Numbered from the stretch's first letter, positions 18,309 through 28,529 are shown. The stretch is DNA of 64,000 bases from Candidatus Dojkabacteria bacterium (GCA_014729085.1 WJKM01000011.1:170852-234851); one strand, 5' to 3'. Notes: generated by a model not told the origin, from the letters alone. Translations and numbers: made by a program.

Positions 18309-19025
18309 ATGGATCAAAATAGAGAAATAAGCGTTGTCATACCGGTTTTTAATGAAGAGAAAGTAATCTTATCCTGCCTTGACTCCCTTAGTAAACAAAC
18401 CCTTCTTCCCAAAGAAGTTATCATCGTAAACAATTGTTCAACCGACAACACAAAAGATAAAGCCATAAACTTTAGAAATAAGTGCTCGTCTTTAAACATA
18501 CGAATAGTGGAGGAGGCAAAGAAAGGGATAAAGTATGCCAGGCAAAAAGGGTTTGAGGAGAGTAGGGGAGAAGTAATTGCAATGACAGATGCCGATGCTT
18601 TATTTCCTAAAGATTGGTTAGCTGTCGGTTCCAGAATTTTTGATTCAAAGTACGATGTAATTGCAGGCTGGTGTGATTTTGAATTTAATAATAAATTTTT
18701 CAGAAAATTCTCAGGAATCATTAATAGATTCTTTCTAAAGTATTCAAAGTATCTTACTGGATATCAGAAGTTTCTCGGAGCTACTGTTTTTTTCAAGAAG
18801 GATACGCTCGTTAAAATTGGAGGATACCTTAAAAATACTGAAAACATTCCTGAGGACATATACATTGCGAAGCAAATTCATAAGAAACGTTTATCTATAA
18901 AGTTTGATAAGGATTTATTCATATATCATAGTATAAGGAGAACAGAAGAGGGCGGGATCAAAGGCTTAGTAAAATGGATACTTGGCTGGGTGAATCATTC
19001 CTATTATGAGGAGAAGGATTCTTGA
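18309..19025 (+). CDS. family 2 glycosyltransferase
   Basis: ISVVIPVFNEE N-terminal GT2 signature; TDADALFP (DxD-type) motif. Confidence 0.75.
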   Translation: MDQNREISVVIPVFNEEKVILSCLDSLSKQTLLPKEVIIVNNCSTDNTKDKAINFRNKCSSLNIRIVEEAKKGIKYARQKGFEESRGEVIAMTDADALFPKDWLAVGSRIFDSKYDVIAGWCDFEFNNKFFRKFSGIINRFFLKYSKYLTGYQKFLGATVFFKKDTLVKIGGYLKNTENIPEDIYIAKQIHKKRLSIKFDKDLFIYHSIRRTEEGGIKGLVKWILGWVNHSYYEEKDS

Positions 19026-19030
19026 ATTAA

Positions 19031-19810
19031 TTAAAATTCAAAAATTTTATTAAAACCATTTTGAAACTTTTCATTTCCAAAATAGTTAACAGAAAAAAAG
19101 CCCCCAAAAATTGATAGGTATAAATATAGATTTTGATACTGGCTTTCATCAGACAAAGCAAGTATAAACATTAATACGAGCAATAAACTTACAAAAACAG
19201 GGATATGATCCAATTTATATCTTTTTAAACTTTTTCTTCCTTCTTCATGTGCGCTTAATTCTTTATACCTTCTTATATATGCTAAGGCTAAAGCAATAAC
19301 AAAAAGAAATATAACGGGATAAAACTCAACATTTCCATTAAACAATAATACTCCCAGTATAAATCTAAGAGGGTGAGTTAAGGAGTTCCAAATCGAATCA
19401 ATATATGCAATATGTTTAAAAACTTTTGTATAAAATAAGTTAAGAATAAGAAAAAGTATTTCAAGAAATAAAAAGAGGGGAGAGATTATTGTTGCGAAAA
19501 TGAACGAAAAGAATATTATAGTTAAAGCCAAGATTGATGCCTCTTTTTTTGAGACCTTTCCTGATGCAATAACCCTTTTTTTCTTTATGGGATGTTTTCT
19601 GTCATCCTCTACATCAAAAATATCATTTATTATATATAAAGCCCAATAGAAAGGTTGGAAAATACAAAAAATTAAAACTGACTTTAATAAAAATTCTTGC
19701 GAAACAGTAAAGTTTAAGGCAAAAAGCGCTCCTAACAATACTTCAAAAAAAAATATTGAATGTCGTTTTTTTAATAATTTATAGTACAATCTGACTTTCG
19801 ATAACTTCAT
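19031..19810 (-). CDS. UbiA-family polyprenyltransferase-like membrane protein
   Basis: Multiple TM helices; INDIFDVEDDRKHPIKKKRVIASG matches the UbiA Asp-rich motif (NDxxDxxxD...R..P..SG). Confidence 0.6.
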   Translation of the reverse strand: MKLSKVRLYYKLLKKRHSIFFFEVLLGALFALNFTVSQEFLLKSVLIFCIFQPFYWALYIINDIFDVEDDRKHPIKKKRVIASGKVSKKEASILALTIIFFSFIFATIISPLFLFLEILFLILNLFYTKVFKHIAYIDSIWNSLTHPLRFILGVLLFNGNVEFYPVIFLFVIALALAYIRRYKELSAHEEGRKSLKRYKLDHIPVFVSLLLVLMFILALSDESQYQNLYLYLSIFGGFFSVNYFGNEKFQNGFNKIFEF

Positions 19811-20010
19811 ATTTATGAAAATTATATAAACTTAAAAAATTAGAATAAATTTTAACATGTTTACTAGTCTATACAAAGTATACTAATGAGCTATATGGAC
19901 AGTACCTTTTCATGGTTTCATGTTTGAGAAATCTACAACAATTTATTTGGTCAACTATAGGATTAAATGGTAAAATATATATCCTCATATTAATTTTCAA
20001 TAATTAACAC

Positions 20011-21168
20011 ATGGAAAATGTGCCTAATACTACAGAGGAGTATAAACAAAATTATCTAGATAAAGTTAAGGCACAATATTTAAGAGCACTTGTCAGTATA
20101 AAGCTTTCAGAAGGATTACAGCTTCATGGGGATTTTAACAAATTACCAACGTCTATTGATGGCTATGATTTGGAAGAACCGGATCTTCCTTTGTCATCCG
20201 ATTCTATCTCAACTGTTTTTGCTCAACATGAGAGAAATAAAGAAGATCTTTCACAAAAAATTCAGGCTAAGGTTGAAGGTATTGGGGAGATTTCCATGCA
20301 AGTATCTATCCTGGACCTGGATCAAAATCCAGACAAAGATATGTATGTAGTAATGGGAGGTGCTCTTTCTCCTGCTTTGAGAACTTTAGGAGCTCCTTTA
20401 GCAGCACTTGGTAATAGAGTAATGATGGTTCCACACATTCTAAATCATTCAGTCGAACCGGTTGGATGCGACCATCATACGTTTACAGAGAAATATTATG
20501 AATATGATCAACAAAATGGTGCATATACTCCAGATGGAAAGTTTATTTCTGAAATTCTTGATATTCTTCGACGAAACGGACAAATCAATGGGAACCTTCA
20601 TCTTGTAGGCCACTCTGCAGGAGGTGGAGTTTGGATGAGAGTTGCTCACGATATTGCAAAAAATTATCCCGAATTAGAAGAACAATTGGAAAATGTTCTT
20701 TTAATCGACTCTATCGGTACTTATCTTCCGAAGGAATATCGGGGATTTAAAAAATTTCTCAATATAGGGAAACTCATAGGAGGATTTGGAATTGAAGCTT
20801 CAAGAGCTCTTCCTTTTATTGATCGAGATGAATGGCTGCTCAATATAGGGGATGCAGAAACCCAACCGTGGAATAACAAAGATTGGTTGAAAAGTGTAAC
20901 AAGATGTATGAGCCCAATACTAAACGATGTCAGTCCTCATGTAGAAAACAAAATTTCGATCATACTTGCTGAAGACGGTCGTGTAATTTCAAAAGATAAG
21001 GTATATGAATGTGTTGAACAACTAAATCAAGAGAGAGAAGAAAAGGGGCAAACCAATATTGCAGTTATGGAAGTATGGGGAGGGCACAATTCTCCGGTAA
21101 AAAGAGGTATGGAAATTGCCTCTAGAATTCAACACCTTGTAGAAGACCGTCCTTATCCTGACATTTGA
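20011..21168 (+). CDS. alpha/beta-hydrolase fold protein (putative esterase/lipase)
   Basis: Nucleophile elbow LVGHSAGGG (GxSxG) in the expected context; 385 aa; no signal peptide recognised. Confidence 0.45.
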   Translation: MENVPNTTEEYKQNYLDKVKAQYLRALVSIKLSEGLQLHGDFNKLPTSIDGYDLEEPDLPLSSDSISTVFAQHERNKEDLSQKIQAKVEGIGEISMQVSILDLDQNPDKDMYVVMGGALSPALRTLGAPLAALGNRVMMVPHILNHSVEPVGCDHHTFTEKYYEYDQQNGAYTPDGKFISEILDILRRNGQINGNLHLVGHSAGGGVWMRVAHDIAKNYPELEEQLENVLLIDSIGTYLPKEYRGFKKFLNIGKLIGGFGIEASRALPFIDRDEWLLNIGDAETQPWNNKDWLKSVTRCMSPILNDVSPHVENKISIILAEDGRVISKDKVYECVEQLNQEREEKGQTNIAVMEVWGGHNSPVKRGMEIASRIQHLVEDRPYPDI

Positions 21169-21253
21169 GCTTTTCTGAAAATAACATAATAAAACAAGAA
21201 AGGTAACTTCAGATATGATAAACTCTGTTACGTAAATTATTCATAATTATTCT

Positions 21254-22306
21254 ATGAAAATACTTGTAACAGGAGCTGCAGGCTTTATTGGTTCTTTCAC
21301 CTGCAGAAAATTAATTAAACATAGCCACGATGTAGTAGGTATAGACAATTTTGATCCTTTTTACTCCATTAAAGCCAAAAAATTCAATATTGATTTGATA
21401 AATCTCTATGCCAAGAAACAGACCAGTTATTTTGATTTGAAAGAAGTTCAGAATATCTTAAATCTTCTGCATAGAAAAAGAGGGGAGGGTACTTATAAAT
21501 TTTATAATCTAGATATCCTTCATCAGGATAAATTGGAGAATTTATTTAGTGAAAACGACTTTGATGCCGTAATCCATCTTGCTGCTATGGCAGGTGTACC
21601 TCATTCAATCAAACTCCCAATTAAATATACTAATGTAAATATAAAGGGTACTCAAAACCTCCTAGAATTGTGCGTTAAATATTCAATAAAAAATATTATT
21701 TTTGCTTCCTCTTCCTCTGTATATGGAAATTGCGAGGAAGTCCCCTTCAAGGAAGAACTGGACGTCGATTTCCCAATATCCCCGTATGCAGCTACTAAAA
21801 GGATGGGTGAAATTCTAAACTATACTTATCACCATCTATACAATCTAAACATTTCAAATCTACGTTTCTTCACAGTATACGGTCCCTTGCAGAGACCCTA
21901 TGGAATGGCTATACAAAAATTTATCAAACAAACATATAATAAACAAAAAATGACTATATATGGTGATGGTTCAATGTCAAGGGACTATACCTACATTGAA
22001 GATATAACAGATGGTATCTTAAAAGCCATTCAAAAAAATAAAGGATATAAAATTTTTAATCTTGGAAATAATTCATCAATAGATCTCATAAAACTTACCG
22101 ATTTAATCAAAGAAAATATGGGAGCGGGAAGTATAACCAATGTCAAGGCTCCACCAACAGAAGTACCCATTACCTATGCTGACATTAGAAAAGCAAATAA
22201 AGTTTTGGGATACGATCCTAAAACCAAGATAGAAGAGGGAATTCAAAAACAAATAGAAATTTTTCTTGCGATGCCGAAGTGGTACAAAAAGTTGCATCTA
22301 AAGTAA
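21254..22306 (+). CDS. NAD-dependent nucleotide-sugar epimerase/dehydratase (SDR family)
   Basis: Rossmann motif KILVTGAAGFIGS, catalytic YAATK (YxxxK), and an inserted loop after the first beta-alpha unit. Confidence 0.85.
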   Translation: MKILVTGAAGFIGSFTCRKLIKHSHDVVGIDNFDPFYSIKAKKFNIDLINLYAKKQTSYFDLKEVQNILNLLHRKRGEGTYKFYNLDILHQDKLENLFSENDFDAVIHLAAMAGVPHSIKLPIKYTNVNIKGTQNLLELCVKYSIKNIIFASSSSVYGNCEEVPFKEELDVDFPISPYAATKRMGEILNYTYHHLYNLNISNLRFFTVYGPLQRPYGMAIQKFIKQTYNKQKMTIYGDGSMSRDYTYIEDITDGILKAIQKNKGYKIFNLGNNSSIDLIKLTDLIKENMGAGSITNVKAPPTEVPITYADIRKANKVLGYDPKTKIEEGIQKQIEIFLAMPKWYKKLHLK

Positions 22307-22315
22307 AAATTTGTA

Positions 22316-23131
22316 CTAATTATCTCCATAAATATCTCTTTTAATTTGCCTTATTTTTTTCTTTGTTACTTTTTCACCTTTTTTAATAACTTTTCGAATC
22401 CTTCTTTTATGAATAAGTCTAATTAGTCTTTGATCTGGAACATTGGGCTCTATAACAATGTCCGCTACTTTCACATTCTCCTCAGCCAGATGATACCGAA
22501 ATAATTCCAATGTCCTTCTAAGAATGGACAAAGAAGAATGTGTCCTTCCATCTTTCAAATTTTTTTTAAGAGGAAAAAATACAGAATCAAGATTAACTGC
22601 AATAACATAATCTGCCCCCATTTCTCTGGCTGTTCTTGCAGGAACCGGTTCTGCAGCACCTCCATCTATTAAAAATTTTTTCTGTTTTTCGAAAGGTTTA
22701 AATAGGAACGGAACAGAAGAACTTGCTCGTATCGCACTTGCTAGATCTCCCTTATCGAATTCAAAAATCTCCCCTGAAACTAGATCAGCAGCGACTGCTC
22801 TAAAAGGTATATTAAGATCTTGAATCTCTGCATCTCCTATATATTTAGTAAGTAACTGTATGACTCTATCTCCCTTAAATATTCCTGATCTTATTGTAGG
22901 GTCGGTAAACGCCTCAATGAATTCACGGAAATTGAATTCGAGGCAAATCTTTTCAACTTCATAGATATCACCCAGACAAGCATATGCTCCACCTACCACA
23001 GCGCCGATACTCGTACCTGAAATGTAATCAATTGGTATGTTATTTTCAACAAGACTTTTTATTACCCCAATATGGGAAATTCCCCTCGTTCCCCCACTTC
23101 CCAAGGCTAACCCTACTTTTTTTCTTGGCAT
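22316..23131 (-). CDS. patatin-like phospholipase
   Basis: GSGGTRG glycine-rich motif, GTSIG (GxSxG) nucleophile, IDGGAAEPVP (DGG/Asp) motif. Confidence 0.8.
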   Translation of the reverse strand: MPRKKVGLALGSGGTRGISHIGVIKSLVENNIPIDYISGTSIGAVVGGAYACLGDIYEVEKICLEFNFREFIEAFTDPTIRSGIFKGDRVIQLLTKYIGDAEIQDLNIPFRAVAADLVSGEIFEFDKGDLASAIRASSSVPFLFKPFEKQKKFLIDGGAAEPVPARTAREMGADYVIAVNLDSVFFPLKKNLKDGRTHSSLSILRRTLELFRYHLAEENVKVADIVIEPNVPDQRLIRLIHKRRIRKVIKKGEKVTKKKIRQIKRDIYGDN

Positions 23132-23208
23132 AGTGAAAATCTAAATTTATAAATGAAGTTAACGTAAGATATAATATCATCAGAATTATTAACAATTCCA
23201 ATTTTAAT

Positions 23209-24024
23209 ATGAAAATACTTTTTATTGGTGATATATCGGGAAGACCTGGAAGACATGCCGTTCGCGATCTGTTACCCCAAATTAAAAATAAATATGCTAT
23301 TGATTTCGTTATTGCCAACGCTGAAAACTCTGCCGGTGGTAGAGGGACAACGGATAAAGTACTTTCTGAACTACAATCTTATGGTATAGACTACTTTACA
23401 AGTGGAGAACATATTTGGGATCAAAAAGAAATGTGGGATTCATTAAGAGATCAAAATATACCAATCGTTAGACCTTTAAATTACGAAGGGAACGAGCATC
23501 TGCCTGGTGACGGTTTGCGTATTATTGACCTAGGTAAACAAAAAATTATTTTAATAAATTTACTTGGGCAAGTTTTCATAAAAAATCCCCCTAGAAGCCC
23601 TTTTTGGATTTTTGATGAACTCTGGGAAGATCTTAAAAATAGGGGAGAGGTAACTCAAAACAAAGAAGATAATCCAATTATACTCATCGACTTTCATGCA
23701 GAGGCAACATCAGAAAAATTATGTTTTGCATGGTACGTACGTGAAAGGGTATCCGCAGTAATTGGAACTCATACACATGTACCAACAGCTGATGCAAGAA
23801 TTTTAGATAATAAAGTTGCATATGTTACAGACGTTGGAATGTGCGGTCCTCACGAAGCTTCTCTATGGGTCGATTTCGAAAATGTGATTAATAATTTTCG
23901 ATTTCCTACAAATAAAAGTTTTAAAATGAAGAAAGGTGGAAAAAAAGAATTTCATTCTGTTCTTATTACTTTCCAAAAATCTCTTCCCAATTCAATTGAA
24001 CGTGTAGATTCTATAATAAAATAA
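23209..24024 (+). CDS. YmdB-like metallophosphoesterase (2',3'-cyclic-nucleotide phosphodiesterase family, TIGR00282-like)
   Basis: MKILFIGDISGRPGR, ANAENSAGGRG, DFHAEATSEK and GTHTHVPTAD motifs characteristic of YmdB-type phosphoesterases. Confidence 0.8.
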   Translation: MKILFIGDISGRPGRHAVRDLLPQIKNKYAIDFVIANAENSAGGRGTTDKVLSELQSYGIDYFTSGEHIWDQKEMWDSLRDQNIPIVRPLNYEGNEHLPGDGLRIIDLGKQKIILINLLGQVFIKNPPRSPFWIFDELWEDLKNRGEVTQNKEDNPIILIDFHAEATSEKLCFAWYVRERVSAVIGTHTHVPTADARILDNKVAYVTDVGMCGPHEASLWVDFENVINNFRFPTNKSFKMKKGGKKEFHSVLITFQKSLPNSIERVDSIIK

Positions 24025-24507
24025 TAATTTACGTCCATTTTTATAAAATCATCCTAATTTTCCACCCAAAAATAAACAGAAAACTGAAATTTCGTAATTT
24101 AGCCTATATAAAACTATTATTTGGGATAATCATTTTAATAAATTTCTATCAAATTTTTCTGTTGTTATCGGAAAAAAATTAAAGTAATCCCAGTATTTAC
24201 AGGGCAATCCCCCAAAGCCCTTGTTATTAAAGAATTCTCATATATAATAATATTCTAAAATTATATGTATTACGTGTTTCCATCAGTTTAAGATTCGTCC
24301 AATTTTCCGATTATATCGACAGTTGTTATAAGACAAGCACTTTAAGACCTGTTTGATATATCCCATATTAATAACTTTAACTATATGAAAACATGCAATG
24401 GTCTTGACATTTCAGAAGGATATATTTATTCTTAGCTTAAATCCAATTACTACTCAATCTTGTTAACTCAGGATGAGTAAATCCAAAAGAAAGGAGGTAA
24501 ACGTTCT

Positions 24508-24780
24508 ATGAACAAAGCAGATCTTGTAAACCAAATTGCAGCCGCAACTGGTCTAACAAAGAAAGACTCAGCTGCTGCATTGGAAGCTTTTATGGATGCA
24601 GTTCGTGATGCTCTAAGCTCAGGAAAGCGAGTCACCCTAACTGGATTTGGTACATACTCAACCGTTGACCGAAAGGCAAGAGATGGCCGAAACCCACAAA
24701 CAGGTGAAAAAATTCGAATTCCTGCAACAACTGTTCCTAAATTCAAGCCAGGTAAGGCTCTAAGAGAAGCAGTAAAATAG
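24508..24780 (+). CDS. hup: DNA-binding protein HU
   Basis: 90-aa HU/IHF family protein (MNKADLVNQIAA...GFGTYSTVDRKARDGRNPQTGEKIRIPATTVPKFKPGKALREAVK). Strong RBS aaaggagg 8 nt upstream. Codon usage is visibly GC-richer than its neighbours. Confidence 0.9.
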   Translation: MNKADLVNQIAAATGLTKKDSAAALEAFMDAVRDALSSGKRVTLTGFGTYSTVDRKARDGRNPQTGEKIRIPATTVPKFKPGKALREAVK

Positions 24781-24811
24781 TCAGGACATAAGCTTAAGTT
24801 TATGTCGACTT

Positions 24812-24841
24812 AAAACCCTGTATCGTACGGTACAGGGTTTT
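24812..24841. terminator. bidirectional rho-independent terminator between convergent hup and mazG-like genes
   Basis: aaaaccctgtatcgta/cggtacagggtttt: ~15-bp near-perfect palindrome flanked by an A-run and a T-run. Confidence 0.7.
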
Positions 24842-24901
24842 GCATAGAATTTATAGGGTAGGGGATTAAATATCTTTCATATATTTATATAATTTTGGTC
24901 T

Positions 24902-25213
24902 CTATCCATCATATACCTTTTCCAAAACTCCATTTCCGTTTTTTATATATATTCTCCTTCCGTTTTTTTCTACTTTATTTACAAGTTCTGTTTCCAGATC
25001 AATTCCTGCTATCTCTGAAATCCCGAGTAGGAATATCAATACATCAGCCAACTCTTCTCCAAAAGTATCCATTTTTTTCTCATAGGCTTCAAAAGCCTCT
25101 CCTACCTCTCCATATAATCTACTAAACTCAAGGGGGACATCTGTTAAGTTGAAACCTTTTTCAACCTTATTATCATAAACTTTTTTTTGAGTTTCTCTTA
25201 GTAAAGATTCCAT
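24902..25213 (-). CDS. MazG-like nucleotide pyrophosphohydrolase
   Basis: All-alpha MazG-type motifs EFSRLYGEVGEAFEAYEK and EELADVLIFLLGISEIAGIDLE; 103 aa. Confidence 0.6.
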   Translation of the reverse strand: MESLLRETQKKVYDNKVEKGFNLTDVPLEFSRLYGEVGEAFEAYEKKMDTFGEELADVLIFLLGISEIAGIDLETELVNKVEKNGRRIYIKNGNGVLEKVYDG

Positions 25214-25462
25214 TAAACCTGAAAATTCGACTCGTAGCTAATACAAGATAATAATCAATATGCACTATATAGAAATCTGTTGAAATTATATTTTCAAAAG
25301 TATTAGATTGCAACCGAAACCTTTTCTCCTCAATTAGGAATCTCCATTGAAAAGGGGAATGGTAATAAACTCACTGTACCAAACCGAGACGTTTTAATAT
25401 GATTAATTACTTACTCATAAACCTATTCCATCGAATGACAGAAATAATATATTTTCTCCCCC

Positions 25463-26791
25463 TTACCTTGGTTCGATTATATCTTTTCCCACAAATTCAC
25501 GGAGAACTTCTGGAACAGTAATACTTCCATCGGGATTTTGATAATTCTCCCAAATTGCAATAAGAATTCTGGGTGATGCTATTACTGTATTATTCAGAGC
25601 ATGAGCATAATACTTCTTTCCGTCTTTACCTTTTACTTTAATATTAAGTCTCCTTGCTTGCCAATCTCCAAGATTAGATGCACTGTGAGTTTCTCCGTAA
25701 CTATCACGTGATGGCATCCAGGTTTCTATATCATACATTTTATATTTTCCTGCACCCATGTCACCTGTACAAACTTGTATCACCCTATATGGTAACTCTA
25801 ATTTTTGGAGAAGCTCTTCTGAATAACCCAACATTTTTTTATGCCATTCTTCTGACACATCATATTTTCCATCACAAATTACTACCTGCTCAATTTTCAT
25901 AAATTCATGAATCCTATAAATACCTTTAGTATCTTTTCCATAACTTCCCACTTCACTTCTGTAACATTGAGAAAAGCCGGCATATTTCCTAGGAAGATCT
26001 TCTTCTTCAAAAACCTCGTCTCGAGAATAATTTAAAATACTTGGTTCTGCAGTCCCAATTAAATATTTTTTTTCTTTCCCTTCTACTTCGTCGGCTTCTT
26101 CAAAGTGTTTTAGACTGTCAACCATATAGATGTTCTCTTCGTCAAAAGGGAAATGCCCGCTTCCCCACAGTGCCTCATCTCTAACAATTGTAGGAGGCAC
26201 AAAGGTCTGAAATCCTTTGGATTGTATAAACTTTAATCCATACATCATAAGCCCCATATGCATTAAGACTGCTTCGTTCTTCAAATAATATCCTCTAAAC
26301 CCACTTGTTTGAACTCCTTTTTCCAAGTCTAATAGATTCAATGATTCTCCAAGTTCTATATGATCCTTAAATTTGAAATCAAATTTTTTTGGATCGCCAC
26401 CTTTTCCTGTTTCAGGAGACCACCTCCATCTTTCCACATTCTCCGAGTCGTCTTTGCCTACAGGTGTATCTTCAGAAACTATTTGAGGGGTTTTCCACAT
26501 TAAATTTTGATATTGTTCTTCAACAACAGCCATTTCTTCTTCAACTTCACCTAACTCTGCTTTGATTTTTCTACCTTTTACAATGAGCTCTTTAGGTGGT
26601 TTACCTTTAATTTTTTTTATTTCTTCAACATTTTCATTTCGCCGTTGTCTTATTTTTTCAACCTCCTTCAGTAAATCACTTCTTTTTTTATATATAGAAA
26701 TCAATAAATCAATGTCTAAATCTAGACCTTTATCTTTGACCAAATTTTTAAAGTAATCTGGTTGCTTTATTATTTTTTTTATATTCTGCAT
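25463..26791 (-). CDS. serS: seryl-tRNA synthetase
   Basis: N-terminal coiled-coil arm and a class II core (GFSQCYRSEVGSYGKDTKGIYRIHEF, ...NNTVIASPRILIAIWEN); 442 aa. Confidence 0.9.
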   Translation of the reverse strand: MQNIKKIIKQPDYFKNLVKDKGLDLDIDLLISIYKKRSDLLKEVEKIRQRRNENVEEIKKIKGKPPKELIVKGRKIKAELGEVEEEMAVVEEQYQNLMWKTPQIVSEDTPVGKDDSENVERWRWSPETGKGGDPKKFDFKFKDHIELGESLNLLDLEKGVQTSGFRGYYLKNEAVLMHMGLMMYGLKFIQSKGFQTFVPPTIVRDEALWGSGHFPFDEENIYMVDSLKHFEEADEVEGKEKKYLIGTAEPSILNYSRDEVFEEEDLPRKYAGFSQCYRSEVGSYGKDTKGIYRIHEFMKIEQVVICDGKYDVSEEWHKKMLGYSEELLQKLELPYRVIQVCTGDMGAGKYKMYDIETWMPSRDSYGETHSASNLGDWQARRLNIKVKGKDGKKYYAHALNNTVIASPRILIAIWENYQNPDGSITVPEVLREFVGKDIIEPR

Positions 26792-26953
26792 TTTTGGAAT
26801 TTAAAAATTACTAAGTAGATTATATATTTTTTTGGATAACTTGTTTTGGGGTTTTTAAATATAGTGATATTCCTCTCTAAAACCGAGAGGATGAAGAAAA
26901 AACTAATTGTATTCCTAAAAAATTCTTTTTTAACATCGTGCAGAATTATATCA

Positions 26954-26985
26954 TAAAAAAAGCCCCGATCTTTCAATCTCAGGGC
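26954..26985 (-). terminator. hairpin plus T-run (minus strand) between the 27203 gene and the serS start; terminator or leader attenuator
   Basis: Minus-strand gccctgagattgaaagatcggggc followed by ttttttt (plus-strand 26954-26985). Confidence 0.4.
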
Positions 26986-27202
26986 ATAATGGGCAGCTTC
27001 TCTGTTGGTTCGGTCTAATTTTTTGTCTTACGATTTGGATTTTATTTGAGTTCCAATTCGCATATTTTGTTAATGTAATATTAACAACGAGACGAATATT
27101 GGTCAATGATAATTAGTGTAGACAAAAGTATACTTATAGTTCATTTCGGGTATGCTGAACTTTTACTGGAAAAAGGATTGAATTCTGGAGCGATTAAATT
27201 TT

Positions 27203-27967
27203 CTATGCCAAAATATTCAATAATATTTCGGTATTAGATTTAACCAGATTATAAAGAGATTCCTCTAAATTAAACCCTAAAGTCGGTAAGTGATTCTCTT
27301 CTGGAGTTGTTTTTTTAATCGATGGTATATGGTCAAACATTGGATTATATACTAATTCTTGTTTTGCATTTTTCCTTATACAGAAATAAGCAAGCCCCTT
27401 GGTTTTTAATTCTTTATAATCCAAAAGGTCGTAAGATTTATAGACTCTGGAAACTACAGCGCACTTGTCTCTTGTGTTGATAAATGTATAATAATATCCG
27501 GAAGGTATTGCAACTTTTTCACGAGGTTTAATTTCCATCATGACCCCTTCTTTCACCCTAGGTTTCCTACAACTTCCAATTCCAAAAGCGTTCTTCTGCA
27601 TAATTATTGTTGTAATTCCGTTTATACCCTCAACTATTGTTGCAAATTTCAACTGTTCATCCTCCTTGACATTAGGGGTGTAAAAAACATGCGATTTTAT
27701 AAACTCAATTCCTAAGAGTCCAGAAGGCAAAACTAAAATATCATATTTAAGGTCCTTGTCCTCTTCAACTTTTTCGTCAACAGAGATTGAATATTCTTCA
27801 TACACTTTTTCTGGATAAGAAATTGATTTATTAAGTAGGGTAGGGGACATGCTTGATAAGTTGATCGTCCTTTTCTGACAACAAATATTTTCTATAGGTA
27901 TTCTAACTTCATCCTCAAAATCATCATACTGGATAGGAAGATCGCATATATCATGGAGGCTTAGCAT
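27203..27967 (-). CDS. hypothetical protein (possibly cupin-like)
   Basis: 254-aa ORF with good coding appearance and no recognisable catalytic motifs. A beta-rich segment (VMMEIKPREKVAIPSGYYYTFINTRDKCAVV) is faintly cupin-like. Confidence 0.35.
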   Translation of the reverse strand: MLSLHDICDLPIQYDDFEDEVRIPIENICCQKRTINLSSMSPTLLNKSISYPEKVYEEYSISVDEKVEEDKDLKYDILVLPSGLLGIEFIKSHVFYTPNVKEDEQLKFATIVEGINGITTIIMQKNAFGIGSCRKPRVKEGVMMEIKPREKVAIPSGYYYTFINTRDKCAVVSRVYKSYDLLDYKELKTKGLAYFCIRKNAKQELVYNPMFDHIPSIKKTTPEENHLPTLGFNLEESLYNLVKSNTEILLNILA

Positions 27968-28177
27968 ATATTCTTTCTATTAATAATTAATTCTAAAAGA
28001 AGAATAATTTGGAATCTTTAATAATATAGACCCTTTAAGGAATTTCTGTCAATAAGCCTCTTTTATCTGGTATTAGGTTATCGATCCTGCTATCCACTAC
28101 CTATTAATACATTTAGGTAGGTAGATTTTATACAAATGCTACTTATACAATATTTGTTTATTTTCACATTATAATTT

Positions 28178-28436
28178 CAAGAGTGTTATAATAATGCAAG
28201 CAAGTGGGTAATATTCAAGACAATTACTCTTGAAAAAAAAATAAGCTGAAAGTTCCACAAAATTTATAATCCAAAATAAAACGCATACAAGTAAATAATT
28301 ATTTTGAGGAATTATTTGATTTATAAAAATGAAATAATTTAAAAAAGTAGGTGGTACCACGTAGTTTTATCTTAAAAACTCTCGTCCTTTAACCAATTTT
28401 TATCATCTTGGTTAAAAGAAGAGAGTTTTTAGTTTT
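28178..28436 (+). promoter_or_regulatory. T-box riboswitch-like leader of argS (stem I candidate, T-box sequence, terminator/antiterminator)
   Basis: aagtaggtggtaccacg at 28345-28361 resembles the T-box consensus AATTAGGGTGGTACCGCG, with a UGGU bulge complementary to the tRNA 3' end ACCA. It is followed directly by a 23-bp near-perfect hairpin (aaaaactctcgtcctttaaccaa / ttggttaaaagaagagagttttt, 28374-28430) plus a T-run. The hairpin's 5' strand overlaps the predicted antiterminator. A possible stem I is the caagagt...actcttg helix at 28178-28232, which contains an AGA codon. Confidence 0.5.
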
Positions 28437-28529
28437 ATATTCAGCCTTTTTCCGCATTTATTAAAGCGAAATTATGGTCAAATACTGCACTATTTTTATT
28501 TTAAGATATCTATATTAATATCAGAAACT

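Noticed and set aside
24508-24780. The GC-richer hup (HU) gene as a horizontally acquired island
   Set aside because: It is a single 270-nt core housekeeping gene with a strong RBS. The elevated GC is better explained by expression-linked codon bias than by transfer.
25470-25490. tRNA T-loop-like GGTTCGATT
   Set aside because: It lies inside the serS 3' coding end (…DIIEPR*) and no cloverleaf can be built around it. No tRNA or rRNA genes were found anywhere in the window.
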